Source of the DNA: a virus
Taxonomy: Duplodnaviria; Caudoviricetes
Length of the DNA: 64,000 nt
Direction: 5' to 3' (one strand)
Virus record (IMG/VR): IMGVR_UViG_2936514734_000001
Location: 96,001-160,000 of that record
Shown here: in pieces, positions 21,959 through 30,979 of the stretch
Layout: every line of letters starts with the position of its first letter
Numbering within the stretch: position 1 is the first letter of the stretch
The notes under the pieces: model-generated
Database searches by the model: none
Told to the model about the DNA's origin: nothing
What the model saw: only the letters and a program-made list of their open reading frames with translations
Position numbers and translations under genes: made by a program

Positions 21959-22651
21959 TTAAGCGTATTTAACACCTTGTTCACCTTGAACATACTGTGC
22001 ATTCAATATTTCAAGTTCTTTAATACGAGCCTGCAACGCATCTACTTCTTCATAATGTTCTTTGATTTCAAGTAGATGTGGCTTAATAGCTGTCTTAGCT
22101 GAAAGGAAATAAGCTGAATATCTTGGATAACGCTTCATCGCTTCTTTAAAGAATGGGAAGAAGAACTTCTCAGTCTCGATAGCTTGTCTTAGTTTCTTTT
22201 CAGGTGTAGCACTACGTAAAGTGCTAAAGTTATGTTTTCTATCTCCCGCTTTTAATACGCAAGGATCTGGATTTTCTAACATTGGGTCTAAGTAAAGAAC
22301 TTTAATTAAATCACCTTGTTTATAATTCACACCAGGCTCTTTTGTAACTGCACCAACCATTTTTGCAACACGGGTATTGAATTTATCATCAATCATACGC
22401 AAAGTAATACCTGGTACATCTTCTACAGCGTCATGTAGTAGTGCACCTACAATGAGGTCTTCATCTCGAATACCATGATTCAATAAATCCTGTGCCACAT
22501 CAACTAAATGATTATAGTAATGACTACCATCATGACGAGCATAATTAGGTGCTGCCATTTCTTCCATCATCCAATCTAATGCTCGAAGGGCCTTATCATA
22601 CCCCATATCACTAATACGCTGTTCAAAGAATCTCACTCTGCTTTCACTCAT
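21959..22651 (-). CDS. HD-domain hydrolase, SpoT/Mesh1 (small alarmone hydrolase)-like
   Basis: RHDGSHYYNH, ALLHDAVED, VTK, LKAGDRKHN. Confidence 0.85.
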   Translation of the reverse strand: MSESRVRFFEQRISDMGYDKALRALDWMMEEMAAPNYARHDGSHYYNHLVDVAQDLLNHGIRDEDLIVGALLHDAVEDVPGITLRMIDDKFNTRVAKMVGAVTKEPGVNYKQGDLIKVLYLDPMLENPDPCVLKAGDRKHNFSTLRSATPEKKLRQAIETEKFFFPFFKEAMKRYPRYSAYFLSAKTAIKPHLLEIKEHYEEVDALQARIKELEILNAQYVQGEQGVKYA

Positions 22652-22671
22652 AATAAATTCCTCCCCAATTT

Positions 22672-23400
22672 TTATTTAGTAATAGAAACTACATTAAAGC
22701 CTAAATCTTTTGCTGTTTGTTCATTAAACTTTTCATCTAAATGCATGCAATAAACTTTATGTCTTAATTCATAAGGAATTAGTTTAGTTAGTTTACGTAG
22801 AGATAAGTGTACATTTCCTTCATAATCCGCTTGGCATGTATCTTGATAAAAATAATCGATATGTCCATTTTCTAAAGCTTTAAGAATATCTCCGGGAATC
22901 ATGTTAGAATCTCCACTATAATAGATTGTTTTGTCCTCAGAAAATAGAACATAGCCAAAGCAATTTAATTCTTCCGCATGTTCAACAGAGATTGGGCCTA
23001 ATCCTTTTAACCCTACTTGATCAAAATTAAAGTCATATGCTAAGCCTAACTCATAGCTGTCATAAGTATTTGATTCTACCCCTGTTAGTCTAAGAATTTC
23101 CCCAAGTTCTTCTACAATCTGTGTTGGTACAAGAACTTTCACTTTTCTTTCAAACATAGGAGCAATACTGTAATAGCTATAAAATATTAAATCTCCTAAT
23201 GAACCAACATGATCAGGATGTAAATGAGTAATTAATACAGTGATATTCTTTACTCCATCTAATAAGTTGGATTCTATTAAGCGGCTAAATGTCGAGCTAC
23301 CACAATCAATTAAAAGTAAATGCTCACCCTTCTTAATATAGGCACAGTTGTTACCTTCTTTTGTATTAAACGCACTACCTCTTCCAATAAAATTAAGCAT
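22672..23400 (-). CDS. MBL-fold phosphodiesterase, Apyc1 (anti-Pycsar)-like
   Basis: Start at ATG 23400 with AGGAGA RBS; GSAF, NN, LIDCG, THLHPDHVG, YSGD, VHLSL, CMH. Confidence 0.75.
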   Translation of the reverse strand: MLNFIGRGSAFNTKEGNNCAYIKKGEHLLLIDCGSSTFSRLIESNLLDGVKNITVLITHLHPDHVGSLGDLIFYSYYSIAPMFERKVKVLVPTQIVEELGEILRLTGVESNTYDSYELGLAYDFNFDQVGLKGLGPISVEHAEELNCFGYVLFSEDKTIYYSGDSNMIPGDILKALENGHIDYFYQDTCQADYEGNVHLSLRKLTKLIPYELRHKVYCMHLDEKFNEQTAKDLGFNVVSITK

Positions 23401-23896
23401 TGTTTTCTCCTTCTGTCTTTTCAAAACTTAGATATTGTAAACCAAGTCCAAATTGAGTATTATCTATAATTACTCCTTTGATTTCTTGGGTCTGATAAAA
23501 GTCTCTATCGTAAATTTCCTCCCATTCGCCAACCATATGTTGTACGGTTTCTTGTGAATCTTTGCACCCTGATAAGAACTCCATTTGCTGTAAAATCTGC
23601 TTTCTCCAGTGTTCCTTGTAATTGGGTTGGAGAATGATTGTGTGGTCGATAATCATATCCGTATCATACTCAACTGGATCAAGCGGGTGATTACATTGAT
23701 AACTGTGTGGACGGAAAACAATTAGCACCTCTGAATCGTTTATGTGTTCATCAACATAATCTATTGAACTTCCACCCCATTTCAGTAGCTCCTCAATAAA
23801 ATCCTTTTGCTGGTCATCAGGATCATAAAGAGAATCCTCTATGACTTTTATGACTTTACCTTTATCACCAATAATTAAGCGTATATAAGCAGGCAT
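23393..23896 (-). CDS. Hypothetical protein
   Basis: RBS, operon. Confidence 0.6.
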   Translation of the reverse strand: MPAYIRLIIGDKGKVIKVIEDSLYDPDDQQKDFIEELLKWGGSSIDYVDEHINDSEVLIVFRPHSYQCNHPLDPVEYDTDMIIDHTIILQPNYKEHWRKQILQQMEFLSGCKDSQETVQHMVGEWEEIYDRDFYQTQEIKGVIIDNTQFGLGLQYLSFEKTEGENNA

Positions 23897-23928
23897 GTTA
23901 TCACTCCTATATAATAGAAGCTCCCTAT

Positions 23929-24807
23929 TTAGGAAGCTTCAGGTTCTTCAAAATACATTTCTAGCCATTCTTCTTCACTAATAGGCGTATGGCATAGGTT
24001 ACGGAAATCACAATAACGACACATAATATCTAATGCATTTCCTTCTTTTTCAGGTAATTCTCGACGATCTACATAATCAAGAATTTCTTTTATATCTGAC
24101 TTAACTTGTTGTACTAATTCTTCGTCATAAAAGACATGAAAGAACTTAGACTCTTGTGTATCTTTATTTTCGTAATACACCATACCTCGTCTAATACCAG
24201 TTAGATAAAAATACAATTGCAACTGCATTTCGTGCTTTTTGTCGGGCTTAGACTTAGGAAGTTTTAGATAGTTCTTACTCTTAATTGACTTGAATTCTAC
24301 GATAAGGATATGATTAGCTGGACCTTGATAGATGATCTTTTCTTTATCGTTAGGGTCATAAAGAGTAATCTCTTCTGCATCCTCTTCATCATCGGACTTT
24401 AAAAAGTTCCAAATGATTGCATCGGATCGTCCGCTAATTCTAAGCTCTTCATCTTTTAAAGAAAGTTCAGGAGCAACTAGAATTCCCATCTTTTCAAAAA
24501 TATCTTCCATTCGATTATGAAAGCTTGTTCCATTCTCCATAATTAAAAGATTTTGTCCTGGTATTGGTTTAGTTGGATATCCCAACATTTGATAAACCAC
24601 AGAACGTTTACATCTTCCTATTGAAGATGGATAGAACTTTCCTAATCGTCCTTCTTCGATACGCTTTTGTTGGTTAGCAGCATTCTCAGTAGTGAGAAAC
24701 TGATGAACCATATCGATGATGTCAATATCCCCATAGCGGTCTTGAATTTGTTTTATTTTTGACACTTCAACTTCTTCGCTATTTTGATTTAGTTGAATTG
24801 TTGACAC
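23929..24807 (-). CDS. Cas4-like PD-(D/E)XK exonuclease
   Basis: PSSIGRC, GTSFH, GRSD, VEFKS, QLQLY, CRYCDFRNLC. Confidence 0.85.
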   Translation of the reverse strand: MSTIQLNQNSEEVEVSKIKQIQDRYGDIDIIDMVHQFLTTENAANQQKRIEEGRLGKFYPSSIGRCKRSVVYQMLGYPTKPIPGQNLLIMENGTSFHNRMEDIFEKMGILVAPELSLKDEELRISGRSDAIIWNFLKSDDEEDAEEITLYDPNDKEKIIYQGPANHILIVEFKSIKSKNYLKLPKSKPDKKHEMQLQLYFYLTGIRRGMVYYENKDTQESKFFHVFYDEELVQQVKSDIKEILDYVDRRELPEKEGNALDIMCRYCDFRNLCHTPISEEEWLEMYFEEPEAS

Positions 24808-24837
24808 TTAATCACCTCTTTCGAAAGGAGTTTTCTC

Positions 24838-25281
24838 ATGGATAAAAAATATAATTTTGAAGACACAGACAATATACAAGGTCTGGTCAAAGAAGAAGAA
24901 ACCCATTGGAGCGAATTCGGAGAGCTCGCTCAAGAGACCTTTAAGAACTGGACCAAATACAATGATGGTACTTCTGGTGAAGTAGCTAAGTCATGGCAAG
25001 ATTCTGGTCGTGGTTGTATTCGTTGTGGTGGCTCACTCATGGTATTTGAGGAGTCAGATAACGGATATATTATGTTAGAGTGTAGAGATTGTGGTATGCA
25101 CCAATGGCATACTGATATTGAGCCTGACTCTAAAGAAAAGCTTAAGCAAATGGATAAAGAAGCTAAAGCAGCGGGAGCCGCTGGAGCTCGTCATTTGCCT
25201 GATGAAATGTACAGAACAATACCAGACCTTCTAGTCATTCAATACACTGAAATGAGGAACCGAAGTTTGCAGGGGAATTAA
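24838..25281 (+). CDS. Zn-ribbon hypothetical protein
   Basis: CIRCGG..CRDCG. Confidence 0.65.
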   Translation: MDKKYNFEDTDNIQGLVKEEETHWSEFGELAQETFKNWTKYNDGTSGEVAKSWQDSGRGCIRCGGSLMVFEESDNGYIMLECRDCGMHQWHTDIEPDSKEKLKQMDKEAKAAGAAGARHLPDEMYRTIPDLLVIQYTEMRNRSLQGN

Positions 25282-25295
25282 CCCCTGCTTTTTTA

Positions 25296-25970
25296 TTAAC
25301 ATGCATATGTTACTGTTTCCGGTCCAGAGGAACGAATATAACCAATATCTTTTAATGTCTTACCAATAAAAGCAAGTACAGATTCTTGGTCTTCCTTGTT
25401 GTTTGCAAAGTCTAAATTACCTACATTGATTAAGACTTTTGCAGAATGCTTGTAGTTTTCATACCAGTCACTATACTTTTGATTTAATCGTTCCCAATAA
25501 CTCATTTCTACTGTGCTTTCTAAACCTCGTCCACGGTTATCAATTCGCTGTTTAGCGACTTCTGGACTGCATTCTAAATAGATTAATAGATCAGGTGGCT
25601 GAGCATGTTCTAACATGTTATCAAGTAACGTATCATATGTACGATACTCTTCATATGTCATACCTTCTTCACCAGCTTCCCTATCTTCTGCTAACATTTC
25701 TGCGAAGATATTGTCACCGAAGATCGAGCGGTCTAAAATACCACGACCTTTTTTATGAATCTCCTTGATCATACGAAATCGCTCATTCAAAAAATGAATC
25801 TGAAGAGTAAAAGCCCATCTCGTCTTATTTGCATAAAAACGATTAAGCAAGTCTTCAGTATCTGCATTTGATAACTCCTCAAATAGAGGAATATTGAATC
25901 TCTCACTTAGTAGTTTAGCTAAAGTTGTCTTACCTACTCCTACTACACCATCCACCAGTATAATGGTCAT
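25296..25970 (-). CDS. Deoxynucleoside kinase
   Basis: DGVVGVGKTT, LDRSIFGD, PDLLIYL, RGRGLE. Confidence 0.92.
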   Translation of the reverse strand: MTIILVDGVVGVGKTTLAKLLSERFNIPLFEELSNADTEDLLNRFYANKTRWAFTLQIHFLNERFRMIKEIHKKGRGILDRSIFGDNIFAEMLAEDREAGEEGMTYEEYRTYDTLLDNMLEHAQPPDLLIYLECSPEVAKQRIDNRGRGLESTVEMSYWERLNQKYSDWYENYKHSAKVLINVGNLDFANNKEDQESVLAFIGKTLKDIGYIRSSGPETVTYAC

Positions 25971-26311
25971 CGCCCCACTCTCTTTTCACTGTTCTTTTTC
26001 TTAATTGAGAAATAATAATATGGCCAAAACACAAAGCTAAAAGAAAAAGTCTGAAGTAAATACTTCAATTGATTTTCTTTATAGAGAAGATATTCGTCGA
26101 TTGCATCTTTCTTACGAATGTGCAAATCTTGAAGCTTGGTATAATACTCAGCACCAGAAGGAGTTAATTCATACATTTTAATCATTTCTCTTAAATGTGT
26201 ATCCTCTCTTCCCGCTTCTTCAACTACTTTGACTATCTTGACCAAGTGCAGCACTCCATAAATTAAGCCTATTAGTAGGTATAAAAAAACAAAAGGCATG
26301 AGGTAGTTCAT
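25967..26311 (-). CDS. Membrane hypothetical protein
   Basis: N- and C-terminal hydrophobic segments. Confidence 0.55.
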   Translation of the reverse strand: MNYLMPFVFLYLLIGLIYGVLHLVKIVKVVEEAGREDTHLREMIKMYELTPSGAEYYTKLQDLHIRKKDAIDEYLLYKENQLKYLLQTFSFSFVFWPYYYFSIKKKNSEKRVGR

Positions 26312-26670
26312 TACGCTACCCCTTTCTGTTCTAAATACTCGAACAACATATTCTCTTGTCCTGATAAGAACAATTGATATTGCTCCACATTTGAATGAAT
26401 TGGCTCTACTTTATAACCAAAGACCACTTGAAAAGGATTTTCTTCGTTAACAAAAATACCTATTAAGACTTTCATACCGTTATGGGTCATGACTTCTTCT
26501 TCATCAAATGATGCAAGAATTTCATGTCCGAATAGTTCAAACAGAAATTCATCTGAGATGGTAATGCCACGCTTTAATTTCTCATTCCATTTAATATGAA
26601 GCTCAGTTAGCTTTTTAAAATGTTTGAGGTTGTATTCGAAAAGTCTATTTCTTAGTTCATACACATCCAT
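26311..26670 (-). CDS. Hypothetical protein
   Basis: Coupled ORF. Confidence 0.55.
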   Translation of the reverse strand: MDVYELRNRLFEYNLKHFKKLTELHIKWNEKLKRGITISDEFLFELFGHEILASFDEEEVMTHNGMKVLIGIFVNEENPFQVVFGYKVEPIHSNVEQYQLFLSGQENMLFEYLEQKGVA

Positions 26671-26981
26671 TAAAATGCCACCTCCATTACATGATCAGCA
26701 TATTTTTGTTCGTAGTATTTAATTTCTTCCGGGGTAATACATTCGATTTCTATCTTCACCATTCGAAAACCATGACCAGGTACTTCTCGTACTTCGCCAT
26801 ATACTTCATAGCAGCCATTTCCCATACCGGGAATAAAGGACACCATTTCATGCAGTTTTTGTTGTGAGCCAAAGATAAACATACGGTTTAATTTGACTTC
26901 TACAGCACCTAAATAAACACGCCCCGTTTTATTAAATTCAATGGGTTTAGGTGTCTGTAATTGGTTAGGATAAGAGTTCAT
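26670..26981 (-). CDS. Hypothetical protein
   Basis: Coupled ORF. Confidence 0.55.
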   Translation of the reverse strand: MNSYPNQLQTPKPIEFNKTGRVYLGAVEVKLNRMFIFGSQQKLHEMVSFIPGMGNGCYEVYGEVREVPGHGFRMVKIEIECITPEEIKYYEQKYADHVMEVAF

Positions 26982-27060
26982 AATATTGCTCCCCTTTCAC
27001 TTGTTAGAATGTATCCATTAGATTTTTAAATTTCAAGGTAAAAATAAAAAAGACTCAGGC

Positions 27061-28548
27061 TTATAAGCTCGAGTCTTTTAATGTTTTGGGTTCTCTTTGA
27101 AATACCAATGTAAAAGTTGTTAATCCTATTGGCTTGCTTATTACTTCAACATTTCCACCATAAAGGTCCATTACTTTCTTTGTAATAGTTAAACCTAAAC
27201 CAGATCCCTGTCTAGCGTTCGATTTCCCTCTGAAGTGTCTCTCAAATATATGCGGAATTTCTTCAGGTGGAATATAGTCGCCCCTGTTCCTAACAGATAT
27301 ACTAATGTCATTTGATTCCCATTTTGAACTTACAGAAATCAAAATCGTTTTAGATCTTTCAAAAGAATACTTAACGGCATTCTCTATAATTGGTTTTAAA
27401 GCAAGAAAGAAATGGTCTTTATCTATATTCATATCAGAATTAACCAGATTGTATTTCGTTATAAAAACAAATTCAGGATAAACTTTTCTATAATGATTTA
27501 TAAAAGCTTCAACAAGTTCTTTTGCAGAATGAGTTCTGATATCGGTTTTAATGCTACCCTGGTTAAGTTTTGCTAGGTCTAATATAGTACTCATAATACT
27601 CGACATTCGAATTATATTTGTATCAATTGAATTTAGCCTAGCCTCCAAAATCTGAGGGTTATTGTTACCATACAAGCGAATTACATCCACGGATTGCTTG
27701 ATAGATGTCAAATGAGTATTTACTTCATGAGAAACATCCTGTAATGTTTCAATATTCTTTTCAACAATTTCATTCATCTTTTCTAATATTTCATTTATCT
27801 TTAATTTCACGCTAGTTATCTCTTTTCCATACTTTCCTGTTATCGTAAATCTTGCTTCATAATTAGTTTCCTCTATCTCTCTAAACCCATTATCAAGTGC
27901 TCTCCCTAGCGGTCTAAAAGTTATTGACACCGCTACGTAACCTACAATACTACCAATCATTATATACCATATTAAGGATATATAGAGTGAATACATAAAT
28001 CCCTTTATTGGTTTAATAACTACACTTGAAACATTTCGAATCACTTTTACACTTACTTTGTGATTATTATGTTCAAATTCATAATTGAGTACTGCGTACT
28101 GATACTTATTGTTAGGATCTGTATATGTTGATAGACCTCTTTCTTTAAGTTCATGATTAAAAATCCCAGCCAATATACCAATAACAAAGGATGCAAATTT
28201 TCTTTCAAGCATACCTGCAGAATTTTTTACAGCCGTTGGATTTTTATATTCAATATATTTAGGTTCTGTTCTATCATAAATCTGAATTGTTTCATTTCTA
28301 GCCGTAGAAGCTCTTAAAAAATCTCTGTCTACTTTTGATACGTACTCAACTCTTCTAACCTCGTTCTCGATTTCTATAGTTCTATAAACCATATCTTCAT
28401 ATTTCGCATTGCCCTTTTCCATAATATTTGTATATAAAAAATATAAATTTATAGGCAGGCAAACGATTAGAATACCTGCTATAGTTAAAGCAGCTATTCT
28501 AATCCTCAGACGATTATCATGGTATCTCTTAACGATATTTTGCTTCAA
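27061..28548 (-). CDS. Membrane sensor histidine kinase
   Basis: TM segments, H-box VSHEVNTHL, N-box ENAVKYS, IFERHFRG, G-box GSGLGL. Confidence 0.92.
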   Translation of the reverse strand: MKQNIVKRYHDNRLRIRIAALTIAGILIVCLPINLYFLYTNIMEKGNAKYEDMVYRTIEIENEVRRVEYVSKVDRDFLRASTARNETIQIYDRTEPKYIEYKNPTAVKNSAGMLERKFASFVIGILAGIFNHELKERGLSTYTDPNNKYQYAVLNYEFEHNNHKVSVKVIRNVSSVVIKPIKGFMYSLYISLIWYIMIGSIVGYVAVSITFRPLGRALDNGFREIEETNYEARFTITGKYGKEITSVKLKINEILEKMNEIVEKNIETLQDVSHEVNTHLTSIKQSVDVIRLYGNNNPQILEARLNSIDTNIIRMSSIMSTILDLAKLNQGSIKTDIRTHSAKELVEAFINHYRKVYPEFVFITKYNLVNSDMNIDKDHFFLALKPIIENAVKYSFERSKTILISVSSKWESNDISISVRNRGDYIPPEEIPHIFERHFRGKSNARQGSGLGLTITKKVMDLYGGNVEVISKPIGLTTFTLVFQREPKTLKDSSL

Positions 28549-29245
28549 GAATATAACCTCTTCCCCTTACGGTCTTTATGTAATCTGAACCAATCTGTTG
28601 GCGTAATCTTTTTATATTAACCTCTAGGGTGTTAGTTAATTGACAGCTCGAAGGATCAAAGTTCCAAATATTTTTATACAACTCTTCCTTAGAAATTATT
28701 CTATTTTGATTAGACATAAAATAATGAAGTAATTCAAAAAGCTGGTTGCTTAATTGTACAGAACCTCCATCTACTTTAACTTTGTGAGTGTAGAGATCAA
28801 TTTGAATTCCATCAAACTCTAGTACAGAACTTGGTGCTTGTTCCTGAATTGTTTTCACCCTTCTTAAACAGGTACGAATCCTTGCAAGCAAAACTGTTAA
28901 ATCGTAAGGTTTAGTAATGTAATCTTCCGCTCCTGAATCTAATCCTTGCATAATATCAGTTGAGTCGCTTCTAGATGTCAGAAATATATATGGAGTATCA
29001 TTATGTTTTGATACAAACCTAGCCACTTCTATACCGTTGGTAAAGGCAGAGTTTATACTTGTAGATGTTTTCTTTAATGTTATATCTAAGATCATCAGAT
29101 GATATTTTGAATTAAGAGCGGCATCGACAGCCTCTTCACCTGATGTAAACCAATCTACCTCATATCCCTCCATTTTTAATACCATTTCAAGATTGCTACC
29201 AATTTCAAATTCATCTTCTAGCAATAAAAGCTTATACATAAACAT
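28529..29245 (-). CDS. OmpR/PhoB-family response regulator
   Basis: LLLEDE, ILDI, FLTS, GAEDYITKPY, winged helix IKTVRGRGY. Confidence 0.95.
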   Translation of the reverse strand: MFMYKLLLLEDEFEIGSNLEMVLKMEGYEVDWFTSGEEAVDAALNSKYHLMILDITLKKTSTSINSAFTNGIEVARFVSKHNDTPYIFLTSRSDSTDIMQGLDSGAEDYITKPYDLTVLLARIRTCLRRVKTIQEQAPSSVLEFDGIQIDLYTHKVKVDGGSVQLSNQLFELLHYFMSNQNRIISKEELYKNIWNFDPSSCQLTNTLEVNIKRLRQQIGSDYIKTVRGRGYILEAKYR

Positions 29246-29313
29246 ACCCTCCTAAAGGCTTCGCATGAACTAAAAGTTCGAATGCAACACAGTGCCTATA
29301 AGAGGGGTGTAAG

Positions 29314-30231
29314 TTAAACTACTTTAGTTTTTCCATAAACTTTCTTTTTGTACATGAGGTAGTCAATATCTGAAAACTGAACATTACGAGAATAATCACC
29401 AATTCTAAAAATGCCCCGGTCATTAGTTATTCTATTTTCCACTTTCATTTGACTACCATCTTTTTTTATAACGTTTATAGTCACTGCATTTTTAAGTTCA
29501 CTTTTTATTATCTTATATAATTCAACATTGCGTTGCATTTCTTCACTTTTGTCATACTCTTTGAATTTTTGTTCAACGTGAACCAGTATAGATGCCCTAC
29601 TGTCTGCGCTTAAATGCTCAAGCGCATCTTGCATAATGTCCTCGCCTCTTACGTATCTAATCATATAAGCAAGAATTTTATTTTCAATAGGTCTTATGCA
29701 ATCGGTATTTCTTACTACATAATCAATTGGAGATAAGCCTTTGATGTACCAATCAGCGACTGAGGACTCATGATACGGGTACTCTTCCTTTTCTTTATCA
29801 TCTATACCAAGTTCTTTGGATAAGATAATAGACTGTTTAAGCCCCACCAGAAAATGCTTCTGCATCTCTTCTCGAAGTTGGTCGCCTGTGAATATCTTTA
29901 TTGTAGATGTCAAACCATCAAAATACTTAGAGTCATAACTGCTTTTAAAGATCATGATTTCTTCGTCCACCAAATATACAGCGGTTACATCAACATTATA
30001 CATTTGCCCGAAATTGTCAACTTTGTAAACATCTCTATGGTAACTCATTACAATAAACGGAATTATCTTAGCACCTTCCTCCGCCAATTTTATAATAGTG
30101 ACATTTTCATGTTTTGGGGAAAATTTACTGTTTACGCTACACTCATATATGGAATGAGTGCTTTCACACATAAATTCCTTGAATCTGGATTCACAAAATA
30201 TAGAATACACGTTTGATTTAACCATTGCCAT
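29314..30231 (-). CDS. Hypothetical protein
   Basis: 305-aa ORF. Confidence 0.65.
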   Translation of the reverse strand: MAMVKSNVYSIFCESRFKEFMCESTHSIYECSVNSKFSPKHENVTIIKLAEEGAKIIPFIVMSYHRDVYKVDNFGQMYNVDVTAVYLVDEEIMIFKSSYDSKYFDGLTSTIKIFTGDQLREEMQKHFLVGLKQSIILSKELGIDDKEKEEYPYHESSVADWYIKGLSPIDYVVRNTDCIRPIENKILAYMIRYVRGEDIMQDALEHLSADSRASILVHVEQKFKEYDKSEEMQRNVELYKIIKSELKNAVTINVIKKDGSQMKVENRITNDRGIFRIGDYSRNVQFSDIDYLMYKKKVYGKTKVV

Positions 30232-30335
30232 AAGAAAAACCTACCACCTTTTCTATTTATTAATATAAAAAGGACAACTTGGAAGTTGTCCTTAAAATCC
30301 CAGTTTAGTAGGGGCGTTAGCCCCTAGAAAACGGT

Positions 30336-30947
30336 TTATAATGGGAGTGTATTTTTAATCGCCTGAGTGTAATTATAAAAATCTTGCGTCTGTGTATTTT
30401 GTCTATCTGCAGCTGTGTTTTTACCAAAGAAAACGTTGCGTTGAGCAGTACTAATCTCTAATTGAACGCCCATACCACGAGTTGTTTTATTGCAAATATT
30501 TTCTTCGTTACTGCCCGCCAGTGCTGTTCCTTCTTCAAGGATTTCAGCACTAAAACCATGTGCAACTAATGACTCGTACACTTTCTGTTTCAGTTCTTTG
30601 TCAGCACCGCCGATTTTTGTGTTCTTGTTAATTGAATCTGCGTAACCATGAATAGAGTATGCATAATCTGCTTTAGACACCATTTCTAATGCAGTAGGTT
30701 CATCAAAATTTGTTGAAGTAATATGAAGATCACCATTTCCTGAAGATTTCATTCCCTCAAATAAATAAAGAGACGTAATATCTCCAGCAATGCCAATAGC
30801 TACTTCTGATGTTCCTGTTTCTATACCTCCACCATGGATAGCCATAGTGATAATATTAGATGGGCGATTTGCAAAACGGATACGATAATCTACACCATAT
30901 TCTTCTGCTTCTGATAATTCTTCGAAATTCTTATATTTGTCTGACAC
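30336..30947 (-). CDS. Poly-gamma-glutamate hydrolase (PghP/DUF867 family)
   Basis: AIHGGGIETGTSE, LHITSTNFDEP, SIHG, GVQLEIS. Confidence 0.88.
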   Translation of the reverse strand: MSDKYKNFEELSEAEEYGVDYRIRFANRPSNIITMAIHGGGIETGTSEVAIGIAGDITSLYLFEGMKSSGNGDLHITSTNFDEPTALEMVSKADYAYSIHGYADSINKNTKIGGADKELKQKVYESLVAHGFSAEILEEGTALAGSNEENICNKTTRGMGVQLEISTAQRNVFFGKNTAADRQNTQTQDFYNYTQAIKNTLPL

Positions 30948-30979
30948 TCAAGGTTCCTCCTGTTTTTTGGATATATATA

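Noticed and set aside
9514-24807. Cas4-like genes as a CRISPR system
   Set aside because: No repeat-spacer array, cas1 or other cas genes seen; solo Cas4-like nucleases are common in phages
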